In this document: positions 1-11,510 of the stretch, one piece after another
Position numbering within the stretch: the stretch's first letter is position 1
How the letters are laid out: each line of letters opens with the position of its first letter
Assembly: GCA_030141605.1 (NCBI GenBank)
Contig: JAQGDQ010001348.1
Location: 1 to 45,613 of the forward strand
DNA: 45,613 nt
DNA from: Tubiluchus corallicola
Lineage: Eukaryota; Animalia; Priapulida
Direction: 5' to 3'
Program-made: the position numbers and the translations under genes
The notes under the pieces: model-generated
What the model was told of the DNA's origin: nothing
Databases searched by the model: none
What the model saw: only the letters and a program-made list of their open reading frames with translations

Positions 1-54
1 AATGAGCTGTAATAAGTTAATATTCTTTTGTAAGTAGTTCTGTATACTCTATGT

Positions 55-548
55 GTGGGGTGTGCAAATTATCTGACTAGCCGGGCCACATTAAACTTTC
101 CCGCAATTCCTCAGGGCAACAGGCAGTTTGATCAAGGAGCCAAGTACAGAAAGGCCTAACAACGATTTTTTTTGCATCCGACCTGCATAAATCATTACTA
201 CTACACTGAAGAAACTATTTTAAAAGTTATTAAAATTTATATTACAAACCATATATTTCTACTTTCAGGACATATAGTGGTAATTTCATTACAATGCATA
301 TTAGTAATGTGTATCACAGAGTCTGTGTAGTACAGTGACATTAAGCTACAACCGTCTTGTAAGGGTTAATGGCATCCGATCTAGTAGAAAAAACTACCCG
401 TACTATCTTTGGGATCGTGGCACGGACTTCAACTGGATACACTCAATTAATCGCCCGGGCCGCACTTTCATTAGATTGACAAATCTCTTCGCGGGCCACA
501 CAAATTCTCTCGGTGTGCCGCAAGTGGCCCGCAATTTGCACACCCCTG
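55..548 (+). mobile_element. hAT-like MITE, copy 1
   Basis: Terminal inverted repeats (CA)GGGGTGTGCAAATT...AATTTGCACACCCCTG, with the first 2 nt altered. Perfect 8-bp target duplication CTCTATGT at 47-54 and 549-556. Near-identical copy at 40290-40771 and an inverted relative at 31598-32030. Confidence 0.85.
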
Positions 549-869
549 CTCTATGTTAATTTGCTGAAAAATGAGTGCTAAAGAAAAGATTGATCCATTT
601 ATTAAACCTGCTTGTTACAATTCCAGTCTAGGATTAATTTTAATTATTTAAATTGATCTTTGAAGAGGTTAGTTTCTTCAGCACTGCTATATGACAAATT
701 ATTGAAAAGTTAACCTTTGGTCAGCGCTAAATTTGCTATTTCCCACTAGATGTCACTATTCACTAGGATCTGTTTGCAATACTTTGTTTAAACTTGTTCA
801 TTTTCTCAGACACTTTGTGGTGTGTTAGTAGAAAATAATGATAATGTTTGTTCATATTGCAGTGAGAAA

Positions 870-970
870 TTGTTTTCGTGTGACAGACTGTTTTTCGTGT
901 GACAGACTGTTTTTCGTGTGAGAGGCCGCTTTTTCGTGTGACAGACTGTTTTCTGGTGAGAGACTGTTTT
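870..970. repeat. ~20-bp minisatellite (TTTTTCGTGTGACAGACTGT), about 5 copies
   Basis: Direct tandem copies visible. Confidence 0.8.
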
Positions 971-1044
971 TAGAAACAACATCTCACTCGATACTCTGAC
1001 ATGTTTTTGAAATCACAAATGACACGTCTTTTTTGTTATTCCAG

Positions 1045-1237
1045 GACGTCTACATCGATGACAAATTCTTGGATTTGAACGGCTACGTTCATGACAACGG
1101 CACACAGCCCGGGTGCCCGCAGAAACACGACATGTGCAAACCCGGTCTATGCAAGAACGGCGGAGAGTGTGTGATGGGTATCAATGGTTACAGATGCGAG
1201 TGTAAAGAGGGGTACGGAGGCATCGACTGTTATGAAC
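1045..1237 (+). CDS. CELSR: CELSR/Flamingo exon w1: end of laminin G domain 1 plus EGF repeat
   Basis: ttccag|GAC...GAAC|gtaagt. Translates DVYIDDKFLDL...GCP...CKPGLCKNGGECVMGINGYRCECKEGYGGIDC. Phase 0 to 1. Confidence 0.93.
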
Positions 1238-1299
1238 GTAAGTTTCAATATCTAAGCTGCTTTTATAACTATTTGAAATGTTTGCTTCACTTTCTAAAA

Positions 1300-1650
1300 T
1301 GTTGCCGAATCACCATGGCAATGTTTGCCACTGACTCACCAAGAAAACATGTTTTAATCTTATTGACACGATACACTTCTCATGAACAATTTATACTTTT
1401 GCTTAGTTAATGAAAAGTGAGCTACGAATGCTCTGGTTATTTTTCCAAACTCCATGCAATGTTATCTAAATTTATTTCAAATGATCTACCGTCAAAATGG
1501 CTGAGCTTAACAGTCATCATGGGAGTTTAAATTTACATGCTTCATACAGAACGTTACTGCCACCCTGTGCAAAATGGCGGTATGTAAGTGGTATTAAATT
1601 TCAAGACGAATTTTTTAAGCTTTATGTAAGTGGAGGGCTTTCTTAAGCTT
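1300..1650 (+). mobile_element. Non-autonomous interspersed element whose terminal segment seeds the 32-bp minisatellite
   Basis: Colinear similarity to 10710-11062. Reverse-strand body at ~17610-17900. Terminal segments at ~13055-13137, ~18033-18080 and (inverted) ~21743-21820. Confidence 0.7.
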
Positions 1651-2670
1651 CAGGTATGTAAGTAGAGGGTTTTCTTAAGCTTTAGGTATGTAAGTGGAGG
1701 GTTTTCTTAAGCTTTAGGTATGTAAGTAGCGGGTTTTCTTAAGCTTTAGGTATGTAAGTGAAAGGCTTTCTTAAACTTTAGGTATGTAAGTGGAGGGTTT
1801 TCTTAAGCTTTAGGTATGTAAGTGGAGGGCTTTCTTAAGCTTTAGGTATGTAAGAGGAGGGCTTTCTTAAGCTTTAGGTATGTAAGTGGAGGGTTTTCTT
1901 AAACTTTAGGTATGTAAGTGGAGGGTTTTCTTAAGCTTTAGGTATGTAAGTGGAGGGTTTTCTTAAACTTTAGGTATGTAAGTGGAGGGTTTTCTTAAAC
2001 TTTAGGTATGTAAGTGAAAGGCTTTCTTAAACTTTAGGTATGTAAGTGGAGGGTTTTCTTAAGCTTTAGGTATGTAAGTGGAGGGTTTTCTTAAGCTTTA
2101 GGTATGTAAGTGGAGGGTTTTCTTAAGCTTTAGGTATGTAAGTGGAGGGTTTTCTTAAACTTTAGGTATGTAAGTGGAGGGTTTTCTTAAGCTTTAGGTA
2201 TGTAAGTGGAGGGTTTTCTTAACTTTAGGTATGTAAGTGGAGGGTTTTCTTAACTTTAGGTATGTAAGTGAGGTTTCTTAAACTTTAGGTATGTAAGTGG
2301 AGGGTTTTCTTAAGCTTTAGGTATGTAAGTGGAGGGCTTTCTTAAGCTTTAGGTATGTAAGTGGAGGGTTTTCTTAAGCTTTAGGTATGTAAGTGGAGGG
2401 TTTTCTTAAACTTTAGGTATGTAAGTGGAGGGTTTTCTTAAGCTTTAGGTATGTAAGTGGAGGGTTTTCTTAAGCTTTAGGTATGTAAGTGGAGGGTTTT
2501 CTTAAGCTTTAGGTATGTAAGTGGAGGGTTTTCTAAAGCTTTAGGTATGTAAGTGGAGGGTTTTCTTAAGCTCTAGGTATGTAAGTGGAGGGTTTTCTTA
2601 AGCTTTAGGTATGTAAGTGGAGGGTTTTCTTAAGCTCTAGGTATGTAATTAGGCGTTTTCTTCAGCTTTA
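1623..2670. repeat. 32-bp minisatellite (TAGGTATGTAAGTGGAGGGTTTTCTTAAGCTT), about 33 copies
   Basis: Period 32 read directly (e.g. 1681, 1713). Confidence 0.95.
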
Positions 2671-3027
2671 AATAAAATTTGGCGCTTAAAATTTCAGGTT
2701 TTGTGTCATTTACAATTCTGTACATAATTTTTATCCTTCAGTTGTTGTGAAATTTAGAATGTCACTAAAAAGTAGATTTTGTTCACACTTGCCCAGCAGT
2801 GTTCAGCCAATCCATTCACTCATCGTTATTCACTCACTCACTCGCTCGCTCACTCGTTCACTCGTTCACCTGAAATTCAGTTCAAAATTTCTCACATGTC
2901 ACATTGTCTGTTTGTCTGATGTAAGTTTTCACTGCAAACTCACATCTCGGTTTGCCGGACAAAGACATAGGCTTGAATTTGCCGCTTGTCAGTATTACCC
3001 GATACTAGGCTAATGCAGAATTAATCG

Positions 3028-3300
3028 CCTAATTGTCTCAAAAACGTCCAGTACGGGCTGCTGCTATGCAAAAGTATATCAAAATTATCGTCAATTAACT
3101 CAAAGAACTCCGCCGTAATTCCGCGTACGCACGTTGGTTAAACCACTTGAACACGCTGACATACAAGCTACACTCATGTCATTACGTTCTGCTTGGATGT
3201 AAGCAAAGTGACGGCCTGCCAACTAGCGGTCAGCTCGCGAAACAACATACTGTAGTAGTGCGTCCAGATTTTGTCCAATTTTTCCGGTATCCGTAAAAGC
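3028..3300 (+). mobile_element. Interspersed repeat (inverted copy at ~28390-28613)
   Basis: CCTAATTGTCTCAAAAA...GTGACGGCCTGCCAACTAGCGGTCAGCT is reverse-complementary to the 28.4-28.6 kb segment. Partial copy at ~16312-16352. Confidence 0.7.
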
Positions 3301-3413
3301 GCGGTCCGGCAAAGCGAGATACGAGTGTATTTGACGCTGCCAGAAGATCGGTTAGCAGCCACAAAACTCCGATTTATTTCAGTTTTGTTTATTGTCGTTT
3401 AACTTTTTCTCAG

Positions 3414-3595
3414 ACGTTGGAAAGTCGTACTTGTTTGGAGGTCAGAGCAACATGTATTACACGCTGAAGAAACCACTAATCCAGACGCCATGGTTTACCG
3501 GTATTGCGTTCAGAACACGGAAGCCAAGCGGATTGTTGATGAGCATCAGTCTCGCACATCCGCACACTAAACGCTCATTTCTAGTTACCATCGAG
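3414..3595 (+). CDS. CELSR: CELSR exon w2: laminin G domain 2, start
   Basis: ttctcag|AC...ATCGAG|gttagt. SYLFGGQS...GIAFRTRKPSGLLM is a LamG FRT motif. Phase 1 to 0. Confidence 0.92.
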
Positions 3596-3668
3596 GTTAG
3601 TTGAATTTTTCTGGCTAATTTCTTTACTACAAAGAAATTTTAGTTTTAAATAGAATCGCAATGTTTTA

Positions 3669-4496
3669 CCGTATTTATTCGAGTATAACGCGCGGAGATG
3701 TGGCAGATGTGGCGGAGATGAGGATGTTGAGATGGATGGTGGGAGTAACAAGAAGGGATAAAATCAGGAATAGTAATATTAGAGGAACAGTGAAAATAGT
3801 GGAAGCCTCGAAAAAGATACAAGAGGCAAGATTGCGATGGTATGGGCACCTGAAAAGAAGAGTCGGGGAAGATCACGTGGGAAGGGAGGTCATGGAAATG
3901 GAAGTGCTGGGAAATAGAAGAAGAGGACGACCCAAGCTGAGATGGTTTGAACGTATTAACGGAGACCTTAGAGAGAAGAACATAAATGAAGAGATGGTCA
4001 ACAACAGGAATGCATGGAGAAGACTTATTCACAACGGCGACCCCGCATAGGGAAAAGCTGGGAAGAAGAAGAAGATTCGAGTATAATGCGCAAACTTTTC
4101 TACCTAAAGAAGAACACAAAGTTTGGGCGCGTTATAAACGAGGGCTGGGGTGACACGCTTAGATGTATCAATACATTATTTGTGCAATGACTCATTAGTC
4201 GAAGATATCGCTGACCACAATCGCAAAACATTGAATGCAGACACATCTCTCCACCCACAAAACACCTATGGTCTATTTTTAGTAACAGTATCCAAAGCAC
4301 TTGCGTTGACGATCTAAAATAAATAATTCTCAATGGCTCATGGGCAACACTCACTGCAGAGGCGAGGCGTAGCTAAGGAAATAAGGAAATAATATTTGTG
4401 GGTGTGATAAAATTAGGGGTGTGCGTTATACACGTGTGCGCGTCATACACGTGTGCGCGATATACACGTGTGCGCGTTATACTCGAATAAATACGA
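3669..4496. mobile_element. Tc1/mariner (pogo-like) MITE interrupted by a LINE
   Basis: TIRs CCGTATTTATTCGAGTATAACGCGC and GCGCGTTATACTCGAATAAATACG(A), flanked by TA on both sides. Confidence 0.8.
3694..4074 (+). mobile_element. 5'-truncated RTE-clade LINE fragment (end of RT ORF)
   Basis: AEMRMLRWMVGVTRRDKIRN...RLRWYGHLKRR...RRRGRPKLRW is typical of an RTE ORF C-terminus. (GAA)n tail. 17-bp TSD ATTCGAGTATAA(C/T)GCGC at 3677-3693 and 4075-4091. Confidence 0.9.
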
Positions 4497-4528
4497 TATC
4501 ATATTTGAATAATGCTATGTTCTTACAT

Positions 4529-5259
4529 CAGGTGTAGACTTTGCTCAAGTTTAAGTTACTGAAGTGTTTGCAGAACGTTTCAACTATCCAGACACAACAC
4601 ACTGATAAACCCCGGCCTCAAGGCGTAGACTTTGCTCAGGTTTAAGTTACTGAAGTGTTTGCAGAACGTTTCAACTATCCAGACACAACACACTGATAAA
4701 CCCCGGCCTCAAGGCGTAGACTTTGCTCAAGTTTAAGTTACTGAAGTGTTTGCAGAACGTTTCAACTATCCAGACACAACACACTGATAAACCTCGGCCT
4801 CAAGGTGTAGACTTTGCTCAAGTTTAAGTTACTGAAGTGTTTGCAGAACGTTTCAACTATCCAGACACAACACACTGATAAACCTCGGCCTCAAGGCGTA
4901 CACTTTGCTCAGGTTTAAGTTACTGAAGTGTTTGCAGAACGTTTCAACTATCCAGACACAACACACTGATAAACCTCGGCCTCAAGGTGTAGACTTTGCT
5001 CAAGTTTAAGTTACTGAAGTGTTTACAGAACGTTTCAACTATCCAGACACAACACACTGATAAACCTCGGCCTCAAGGTGTAGACTTTGCTCAAGTTTAA
5101 GTTACTGAAGTGTTTGCAAAACGTTTCAACTATCCAGACACAACACACTGATAAACCTCGGCCTCATGGTGTAGACTTTGCTCAAGTTTAAGTCACTGAA
5201 GTGTTTACAGAACGTTTCAACTATCCAGACACAACACACTGATAAACCTCGGCCTCAAG
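4529..5259. repeat. 90-bp tandem repeat, about 8 copies
   Basis: Unit ...GTAGACTTTGCTCAAGTTTAAGTTACTGAAGTGTTTGCAGAACGTTTCAACTATCCAGACACAACACACTGATAAACCTCGGCCTCAAG recurs every 90 nt. Confidence 0.95.
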
Positions 5260-5343
5260 TCTACTCTAGTCTTAAGCAGAAATTTTTGCTAAAAGACGAA
5301 ACGGCCTTAATTTCTTCTTGCCTGATCAGTTGGTTTTTCCTGG

Positions 5344-5516
5344 AATAGCAGCAGAACATTGTACAGCTTGGGCAGTAACAAGCAGGTGATCAATAACTTA
5401 GTGTGTATGATCACGCAAGTGCTCACCAGGCTCAGCTACTCAATAGGTTAAGTTCGAGCGGCTGAAGAGGGCGTGTTTTTCTTAATTTCATCCAATTAAA
5501 TCACTTATAGATGTTT
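5344..5516. repeat. Interspersed repeat, inverted partner of 11948-12120
   Basis: Shared reverse-complement blocks (GATCACGCAAGTG, CAGGTGATCAATAA, TCCAATTAAATCACTTATA). Confidence 0.7.
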
Positions 5517-5958
5517 AAACAAATAACATGATTGTATGTCTGAGATTATTCTGAATAGTTCAGTACCTAATTCGTAATCAGTTAGTCATGTCTGTACTCA
5601 TACAGTAGCAGAAAAGACCTTTTTTGAATGGTGCGGTCCTGGAGAAGTTTTAAGAATAAGTTCACCTGCATGCTGTGGCTTCATTTTGTGGTAAAAAACA
5701 GTTAAGAAACCAGTTTGTGAAGGTGTGAAGTAACTAAATGTAGTGATCATTTGTTATAATGTATATTATTACATACATGTTTTTAGATACCAGAATAAAT
5801 TATTTAACATTTTTTGCTATTAATGTTAATGCCAGTCTTCTATGTGAATATTTAAATGAGTAAAAGGCAAATAATAATAAAGATGAGAGCTGGTTCACAT
5901 TGCAAGTGTGAACAGATCACAACAAAAGTAACTGGATTTAATAAAATGCTTGTTTCAG

Positions 5959-6105
5959 CTCCGTGATGGTTATGTACAGTACAGAGCCGACAAACAATTG
6001 GTCAGGTTGTTGAGTTACAAAGTGTCCGATGGTAAATGGCATTATGTCGAGAGCGAATGGACTGCCAGCAAACTGACCGTAGCACTGGACCGTGGTCAGT
6101 TTACT
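5959..6105 (+). CDS. CELSR: CELSR exon w3: laminin G domain 2
   Basis: tttcag|CTC...TTTACT|gtgagt. VSDGKWHYVE LamG motif. Phase 0 to 0. Confidence 0.93.
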
Positions 6106-6862
6106 GTGAGTACCGAATTTTTCATTTACTCTCATTTCTTGGCAACTTTTATTTCTCCTTTAACATTTCACAGTGTGTTGCAATGTTATTTTTTGTTTTA
6201 GTTGTTATTGTTGCCTGACAGATGGCAGCACTGACAGCTAAGTTATCGAATTGTTAACAAAGTCATGAAATGTGGATAAAGTTCCCTAACTGCATGTGGC
6301 ATATTACACCCGGATCAGCTACATTCTTAAACTGTTTATAGTGTGTTAGTGCGAAATTAATACATGCAACTGCAAGTAGTGCAGTTACACACTGGTATTG
6401 GTTTTTTAACTCGTCGCTAGATGGCAGACAAAAAATTGCTCAGTCACCATAGCAACGCCAAATTTAGCAATGCCCATTCCCATGAAAGACACTTCGTTTT
6501 ACTGAACAAAACAGCATAAAACACTGAAAAGATTCACCGAAAACGCACAAAAACCAAAAATGATCTTGACACAAAAATGTGATCATTACAAAGCTTAAGT
6601 ACCCTTCTTAAAAGATCCATTGACTGTTTTTACCTGCAAATTCTCATTCTAACAAAATTAACGAATCTTGTGTAAAAAGGGTCTCAATGGTCAGCAAGTT
6701 GATCAGGTACAACAATGAAACTTGTAATTGCACTGTTTGCAGTCACGTGAATAGTAAGAATTTGTTTGACTTCTCCTCTTCAGGTTTTAGAGAAATGCTT
6801 TAGGGTAACTCTGTCTCCTCTTTCGTGTTTTTTTTATAAAACAACGACGATGTAAATTTCAG

Positions 6863-6985
6863 GTAACACGAGTCGTGAGTCAGAGCTTGCAGGGGATGAG
6901 CGTGAGTCGAATAAACGTCGGTGGCATCTCTCAGTATTCGGCAAACAAAGTGGAAGTGATTAATGGCTTCAGAGGCTGCATACAG
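6863..6985 (+). CDS. CELSR: CELSR exon w4: laminin G domain 2, end (shortest form; 3' end ambiguous)
   Basis: tttcag|GTA...ATACAG|gtgaga. INVGG...NGFRGCIQ is the LamG terminal motif. Phase 0 to 0. Confidence 0.88.
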
Positions 6986-8148
6986 GTGAGAATGTTTGTC
7001 AATGGCTTCAGAGGCTGCATACAGGTGAGAGTGTTTGTCAGTGGCTTCAGAGGCTGCATACAGGTGAGAGTGTTTGTCAGTGGCTTCAGAGGCTGCATAC
7101 AGGTGAGAGTGTTTGTCAGTGGCTTCAGAGGCTGCATACAGGTGAGAATGTTTGTCAGTGGCTTCAGAGGCTGCATACAGGTGAGAGTGTTTGTCAGTGG
7201 CTTTAGAGGCTGCATACAGGTGAGAATGTTTGTCAGTGGCTTCAGAGGCTGCATACAGGTGAGAATGTTTGTCAGTGGCTTCAGAGGCTGCATACAGGTG
7301 AGAATGTTTGTCAGTGGCTTCAGAGGCTGCATACAGGTGAGAATGTTTGTCAGTGGCTTTAGAGGCTGCATACAGGTGAGAATGTTTGTCAGTGGCTTTA
7401 GAGGCTGCATACAGGTGAGAATGTTTGTCAGTGGCTTTAGAGGCTGCATACAGGTGAGAATGTTTGTCAGTGGCTTCAGAGGCTGCATACAGGTGAGAAT
7501 GTTTGTCAGTGGCTTTAGAGGCTGCATACAGGTGAGAATGTTTGTCAGTGGCTTTAGAGGCTGCATACAGGTGAGAGTGTTTGTCAGTGGCTTCAGAGGC
7601 TGCATACAGGTGAGGATGTTTGTCAGTGGCTTCAGAGGCTGCATACAGGTGAGAATGTTTGTCAGTGGCTTCAGAGACTGCATACAGGTGAGAGTGTTTG
7701 TCAGTGGCTTCAGAGACTGCATACAGGTGAGGATGTTTGTCAGTGGCTTCAGAGGCTGCATACAGGTGAGAATGTTTGTCAGTGGCTTCAGAGGCTGCAT
7801 ACAGGTGAGAATGTTTGTCAGTGGCTTTAGAGGCTGCATACAGGTGAGAGTGTTTGTCAGTGGCTTCAGAGACTGCATACAGGTGAGAGTGTTTGTCAGT
7901 GGCTTCAGAGGCTGCATACAGGTGATAGAGAATGTCTGTCAGTGGCTTCAGAGACTGCATACAGGTGATAGAGAATGTTTGTCAGTGGCTTCAGAGACTG
8001 CATAAAGGTGAGAATGTTTGTCAGTGGCTTTAAATACAGGTGAGAATGTTTGTCAGTGGCTTCAGAGGCTGCATACAGGTGAGAGTGTTTGTCAGTGGCT
8101 TCAGAGACTGCATACAGGTGAGAGTGTTTGTCAGTGGCTTCAGAGGCT
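6962..8148 (+). repeat. 39-bp tandem array of exon end plus 5' splice site, 30 donor copies
   Basis: Unit AGTGGCTTCAGAGGCTGCATACAG|GTGAGAATGTTTGTC. Donors at 6986+39n up to 7922, then 7965, 8008, 8040, 8079 and 8118. Confidence 0.95.
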
Positions 8149-8354
8149 CCATGTGTATTGCGTCTGATCTGCGATAAATATTTTGAACAGCAAAGGGCTC
8201 AGCAGGACTCCCTGCAGGAGCCCACAGCATTGTATGATAAGGTTACGATGTTCTCAGACTGTCATCAAGAATAACGTAACTTTTATTCGTAAATTGATTA
8301 ACGTGTTTCCACTTAACTGTTAACTGAGTGAACATTAATTTTAATAGAGACATA

Positions 8355-9414
8355 CAGGGAGTCTATAAAGTCTCTTTACGGTTTTAAAAATTTATTTCAA
8401 AGGCAGTTGACAACACTTGTTAACTACATTTCTTCTAATGCTATCAGTGGTTGTCAAAGTTTTTTTAACTCATTTAATACACTTCTATATGGGCACCATT
8501 AGTTGCGCGAAGCACATCAAGACGGTACTTGATTTCTTGCCATGAGCATAGCCTCATCAATGATGGCGATGGCATCAGAAATCCTCTTGCTTCAAGTCAG
8601 TAATGTCCCGTATCTTTGTTCGATACACGATGTCTTTCACATAACCCCATGTATCTCTTCCATACTTAGTTCTGTAGTTTCGTCATAGCCTCATCAATGG
8701 TGGCGATGGCATCAGAAATCCTTTGCTTCAAGTCAGTAATGTCCCGTATCTTTGTTCGATACACGATGTCTTTCACATAACCCCATGGATCTCTTCCATA
8801 CTTAGTTCTGTAGTTTCGTCATAGCCTCATCAATGGTGGCGATGGCATCAGAAATCCTTTGCTTCAAGTCAGTAATGTCCCGTATCTTTGTTCGATACAC
8901 GATGTCTTTCACATAACCCCATGGATCTCTTCCATACTTAGTTCTGTAGTTTCGTCATAGCCTCATCAATGGTGGCGATGGCATCAGAAATCCTCTTGCT
9001 TCAAGTCAGTAATGTCCCGTATCTTTGTTCGATACACGATGTCTTTCACATAACCCCATGGATCTCTTCCATACTTAGTTCTGTAGTTTCACTGAATCTG
9101 CACATATGATTTTGTCTCAATAAACCATGATACACACTGTGCCTTCTCTTGAGGGGCACCCATTTTTGGGGTTTCAGTTAACAGTACCCTTCTATCAATT
9201 ATACATACTGTGCCTTCTCTTGAGGGTTCCCATTTTTGGGGTTTCAGTTAACAGTACCCTTCTATCAACAGGAGACCTACATAAAATGCAAAATTTCAAT
9301 GTGATCTCAGACTTAAATAAGTACTGAATAAAACAAACAAATCTGTTAAGATATCTTGTCAATTGCCTTTGTAATAAATTTTTAAAATTGTAAAGAGACT
9401 TTATAGACACCCTG
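8355..9414 (-). mobile_element. Internally deleted Tc1/mariner transposon with transposase remnant
   Basis: ~55-bp TIRs CAGGG(A/T)GTCTATAAAGTCTCTTTAC..., TA TSDs. Minus strand encodes WGYVKDIVYRTKIRDITDLKQRISDAIATIDEAM and WQEIKYRLDVLRATNGAHIEVY*, a mariner-type transposase C-terminus. Confidence 0.88.
8547..9090. repeat. 136-137-bp tandem repeat x4 inside the mariner element
   Basis: Units start at 8547, 8684, 8820 and 8956. Confidence 0.93.
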
Positions 9415-9658
9415 TACTTTGCTATGGTTTACATTTATAAATCTTTGACTATTAGCAAGGCAAATGTAAAATGGCTGGTGCCTCTTTAAATGATTTCTAA
9501 AATCCTTTGGATTTGAAAAAAATTAGTAATGAAATTTACTTGTGTAATTTTAGCATTGTTATCAGTAATTTTGTAGCAATTTCTTAGTGGCCTACGGCAA
9601 CTTACCGTAGCCGTTATCAGACACTGGAATGTTAACTAAGTTGTAATTCGTGATCTAG

Positions 9659-9830
9659 GAAATCCGGATGGGTAGTGGACAGAATCGCTTACTCGCCAGT
9701 CCGGAGCTGTTCAATGTGAACGAGGGTTGCGCCATGCCGAATCCGTGTTCGGAACGACCGTCTCCGTGCTCGAGTCATAACAGCGACTGCATTAACGACT
9801 GGGGCGAATATCGTTGCCAGTGCAAGAAAG
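9659..9830 (+). CDS. CELSR: CELSR exon w5: LamG2 end plus EGF
   Basis: tctag|GAA...AAAG|gtaacg. NVNEGC...NPCSERPSPCSSHNSDCINDWGEYRCQCKKG. Phase 0 to 1. Confidence 0.92.
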
Positions 9831-10709
9831 GTAACGGTCGCCGTACTGGTCAAGTTCAAACATTTACTGTAGAATTGTTCATTGCAGATTAGACAAGGAG
9901 AAAAATTGAGTACTCACTGTGTGGCTTGAGTTAAGCAGTGTTCACCTGGTTCTTTAATGGATGGATGGCCATGTGATAAATTACTTCTAAATATTTTACC
10001 AGCTATTGAGTATTAACGAGATTAAGTACAGACATTTACTATAGAACGGTTCATTTGCGGACAAGGCAAAGAGAAAAATTGGGCTTTCACTGTGTGGATG
10101 AAGTTAAGCAGTGCTGACCTAGATTTTCTAATGGATCGATGACCAATTAATAAAGCACTTCCAAACATTTTACTAGTTATTGAGTATTGAGGAGACTCCA
10201 CACACATCTGAACTGTGATGGTTCAATGCCTCAATTTAGAGGTGGCAATTATTCTTGAAAATGAGCTCAGTTCTTGTACTGCCACAATGTTCATTTATAG
10301 GCATGTGGGTTAAAGGACAAGAAAAGGGGTACCTGAAGTAGGTTTCCGAAAAATCACCTTTAAGAACTATATTACTTTATAGCAATTTTATGCATATATT
10401 GCACTCGTGTTGAAAGGAATTTTTGATCGCCTTTAGGAATTATATTACTTTATAGCAATTTTACTCGCATTGAAAGGAATTTTTGTTTGTTTTTATTTTA
10501 AATTTCCCGCAATGTTATTCCGACCGCGCCATTACATGATGTCATATACGCACAACATGAACCTGGGTAAGAAGAGTAAAATGTTAACTTATGTACCAAA
10601 AAACTTTGTATGCAAATCTATATTACTTAGCATTTTGCTTATCTGCTTGAAAGACTTACATAACTAGAAAAGAAAATTATTAATTATTTAAAATGTTTTC
10701 ACCAATTGG

Positions 10710-11062
10710 TAAAATGTCGCTGACTCACCTCCAGGGTGCAGCACTCACTAGCCAAAAATGTGTTTTTAATCTTATTGACAAGGCACAGTAATTTAAAATT
10801 TTACTTAGTTAGTGACGTGTGTGCTACGCATACTCTGATTAGTTTTCCAATTTTACTCAGTGTTAACTAAACTTGTTTCAAATGACTTATCATCAAAATG
10901 GCTGCGTCTAACGGTCATCGTGGGAGTTTAAATTTATATGTTTTATACAGCGTGACTGCTGATTGAAGTCCTGTATGTAAAAAAGGCAGTATGTAAGCGG
11001 TATATAATTTCAAAACGAATTTTTTAAGCTTTATGTTTATGGAGGGTTTTCTTGTGCTTTAA
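10710..11062 (+). mobile_element. Unexpanded copy of the element at 1300-1650
   Basis: Same internal blocks (CAAAATGGCTG, GGGAGTTTAAATTTA). Ends in a single TGGAGGGTTTTCTTGTGCTTTAA unit. Confidence 0.7.
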
Positions 11063-11247
11063 GTGCCAGGCCCAGTGATCTGCTAAGGACCTGTTCCAAG
11101 GTCATATGGATGCCGTCACCATGGATACGCAGATGCGCCATGGAGTCACTCTTACGTTCATAGAAATATGCATCTCAATTTTGCATTTTCACATTTTTTG
11201 AGTTAAATAAATTATCGATCATTAATCAATATTGATTTTTACTCTAG

Positions 11248-11510
11248 GATATATCGGTGAGCACTGCATTGACGCATGCGAGATGAACCCGTGTTTAAAC
11301 GGCGGAGTCTGTCAACACGACGTGAATTCGGACCTCGGCTACGTGTGCATGTGCGACGATCAACACGCCGGTACGTACTGCGAAGACGTCATCAACCAAC
11401 CCTGCCCCTCCCACTGGTGGGGTCATCCCATCTGCGGGCCGTGCGACTGTGACGAATCGAAGGGTTACGATCCGAGCTGCGATAAAAGCACTGGACAGTG
11501 CCGTTGTAAG
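11248..11510 (+). CDS. CELSR: CELSR exon w6: EGF plus laminin-EGF-like repeat
   Basis: ctctag|GA...TGTAAG|gtaaga. [38 protein letters not shown] is diagnostic of CELSR/Flamingo. Phase 1 to 0. Confidence 0.96.

Noticed and set aside
335-559. Duplicated small ORF (also 40569-40772)
   Set aside because: It lies within hAT-like MITE copies and has no transposase features.
4529-5259. CRISPR array or hammerhead/retrozyme reading of the 90-bp repeat
   Set aside because: No unique spacers, no cas genes and a eukaryotic context. GAAACGTT is present on the minus strand but there is no CTGANGA core.
6800-7960. Minus-strand 386-aa and 328-aa ORFs
   Set aside because: By-products of a stop-free 39-bp repeat, with no independent gene structure.
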